This document shows, piece after piece, positions 62,918 through 64,000 of a stretch of 64,000 nt of DNA; position 1 is the stretch's first letter, and each line of letters begins with the position of its first letter. The translations under genes and the position numbers were made by a program. Below the pieces are notes generated by a model. The model was not told where the DNA came from. It did not search any database and saw only the letters and a program-made list of their open reading frames with translations. The DNA is from Chitinophagales bacterium (GTDB taxonomy: Bacteria; Bacteroidota; Bacteroidia; Chitinophagales; LD1), in contig JBDHYB010000016.1 of the NCBI GenBank assembly GCA_039811145.1, positions 1,274 to 65,273 on the forward strand, read 5' to 3'.

Positions 62918-63958
62918 TTAGTTCTTATTTGCCAACTGGCCGCAGGCGGCGTCAATATCCTTACCACGGCTTCGGCGCACCTTTACATTTACATTGCGGT
63001 TGCGCAGGTAGTTTACAAACTCGTCACGTTTTTCGCTCTTGGCTTTTTTAAGGTCGCTAACACCTTCCACACTATTGTATTCAATAATATTTATGAATGC
63101 CGGCACCTGGTGGTATAAGGCAATAAGGTGTTCGGCATCTTCAAGTGTATCATTAAATTTATCGAAGAGGATATACTCAAAGGTTACCTTGTTACCGGTT
63201 TTTTCGTAAAAGTAGTTGAGCGCCGCAATAACATCTTCCAGCTTATTGCTATGGTTAATGTCCATAATCTTATCGCGCTTTTCGTTAGTAGCAGCATGCA
63301 GCGATAAGGCAAGGTTGAACTTCATACCCTCATCTGCCAATCGCTTAATAGCTTTTGACACCCCTGAAGTAGAAACGGTAATACGCTTCTGCGCCATGTT
63401 CAATCCTTCCGGCGAATTAATGATGCGGATGCTGTTCATTACATTGGTGTAATTCAGCAAGGGTTCGCCCATGCCCATGTAAACGATATTGGTAAGCGGT
63501 TTGCCACTGTGTTCAAGGGCGTGTTTGTTCAGCAACACTACCTGGTCGTAAATTTCACCTACCTCCAAATTGCGCTCGCGCTTTAAAAAGCCGGTAGCGC
63601 AAAAGGTGCAGGCCAATGAACAGCCCACTTGTGACGACACGCAGGCCGTGTTACGGTCTTCGTCGGGTATCATTACCCCCTCAATAAGGCGGTTATCGGC
63701 CAGGCGCATACCCAGCTTAACGGTGCCATCCTTACTTTTTTGCACTATATGCTCGCTAACCGGTGTAAGCGAAAAAGTTTCGGCCAGTTTGCCGCGCAGG
63801 TTTTTGGGCAGGCTGCTCATTTCATCAAAACTGCGCGCGCTTTTATTCCAAAGCCATTCGTACACCTGCTTACCCCTGAATTTGGGTTCACCCAGTTTTA
63901 CCAATTCGGCGGCCAGGTCATCGGCAGTAAAGGTTCGTATGTCTTTAATGGCTGTCAT
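62918..63958 (-). CDS. rlmN: 23S rRNA/tRNA adenine-C2 methyltransferase RlmN (radical SAM)
   Basis: 346 aa. FRGKQVYEWLW, the radical-SAM cluster motif GCSLACTFCATG, MGMGEPL, and the C-terminal IDAACGQL. Confidence 0.9.
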   Translation of the reverse strand: MTAIKDIRTFTADDLAAELVKLGEPKFRGKQVYEWLWNKSARSFDEMSSLPKNLRGKLAETFSLTPVSEHIVQKSKDGTVKLGMRLADNRLIEGVMIPDEDRNTACVSSQVGCSLACTFCATGFLKRERNLEVGEIYDQVVLLNKHALEHSGKPLTNIVYMGMGEPLLNYTNVMNSIRIINSPEGLNMAQKRITVSTSGVSKAIKRLADEGMKFNLALSLHAATNEKRDKIMDINHSNKLEDVIAALNYFYEKTGNKVTFEYILFDKFNDTLEDAEHLIALYHQVPAFINIIEYNSVEGVSDLKKAKSEKRDEFVNYLRNRNVNVKVRRSRGKDIDAACGQLANKN

Positions 63959-64000
63959 TACAAGGCTACAAAGATAAGAAGTAAGCAGGCTTTATTGGTT

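Noticed and set aside
62688-63118. Track ORFs 62688-62885 (65 aa) and 62816-63118 (100 aa)
   Set aside because: The first is generated by the hairpin-repeat region, and its R/P/H-rich peptide mirrors the palindromes. The second is mostly antisense to the well-supported rlmN gene.
1-64000. Mobile elements, prophage, tRNA/rRNA genes or a genomic island
   Set aside because: I found no transposase, integrase, recombinase or phage-like ORF. No intergenic region is long enough or tRNA-like (no GGTTCGAATCC-type T-arm was seen). By eye there is no obvious compositional break. This was a visual scan only; tRNAscan-SE, Infernal and GC-window calculations would be needed for certainty.

Overview
The window reads as an ordinary chromosomal segment of a Bacteroidota genome. 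A Sphingobacteriia (Mucilaginibacter/Pedobacter-like) origin is my inference from several type IX secretion (T9SS) sorting domains, PorP/SprF, DUF5686 and DUF5916 proteins, fused E1 alpha/beta, and moderate GC. About 48 genes are densely packed on both strands, and many are housekeeping: paaA, typA, tsaB, dnaN, radA, tatC, rpiB, rlmN, kynU and ACMSD. The rest are mostly secreted or outer-membrane proteins. I found no rRNA, tRNA, CRISPR array, transposase, integrase or phage gene. I also found no convincing multi-gene defence island or other clearly new system, and I do not want to overstate that. The items most worth a second look are listed here. (1) A strong plus-strand intrinsic terminator with a 15-codon mini-ORF sits in a divergent promoter region just upstream of a T9SS cargo gene (17361-17471). 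(2) Three short hairpins share a TCCT/AGGA loop, two of them differing by a compensatory stem change (62686-62831). (3) A T9SS type-B cargo / PorP-SprF / PorE-like triad carries a passenger domain of unknown function (42764-47687). (4) Two tandem paralogous TPR-class III adenylate cyclases (52140-55565) lie next to a YXWGXW-repeat protein with a 135-nt tandem coding repeat. (5) Two structured elements bounded by inverted repeats lie at 11020-11120 and 14553-14641. (6) Several orphan genes have unexplained context: an Upf1-like SF1 helicase, a DUF2971 protein, a membrane-anchored patatin, and a MarR-GNAT fusion with an extra hydrophobic tail. All functional calls come from motif recognition in the supplied translations. 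No database search was run.
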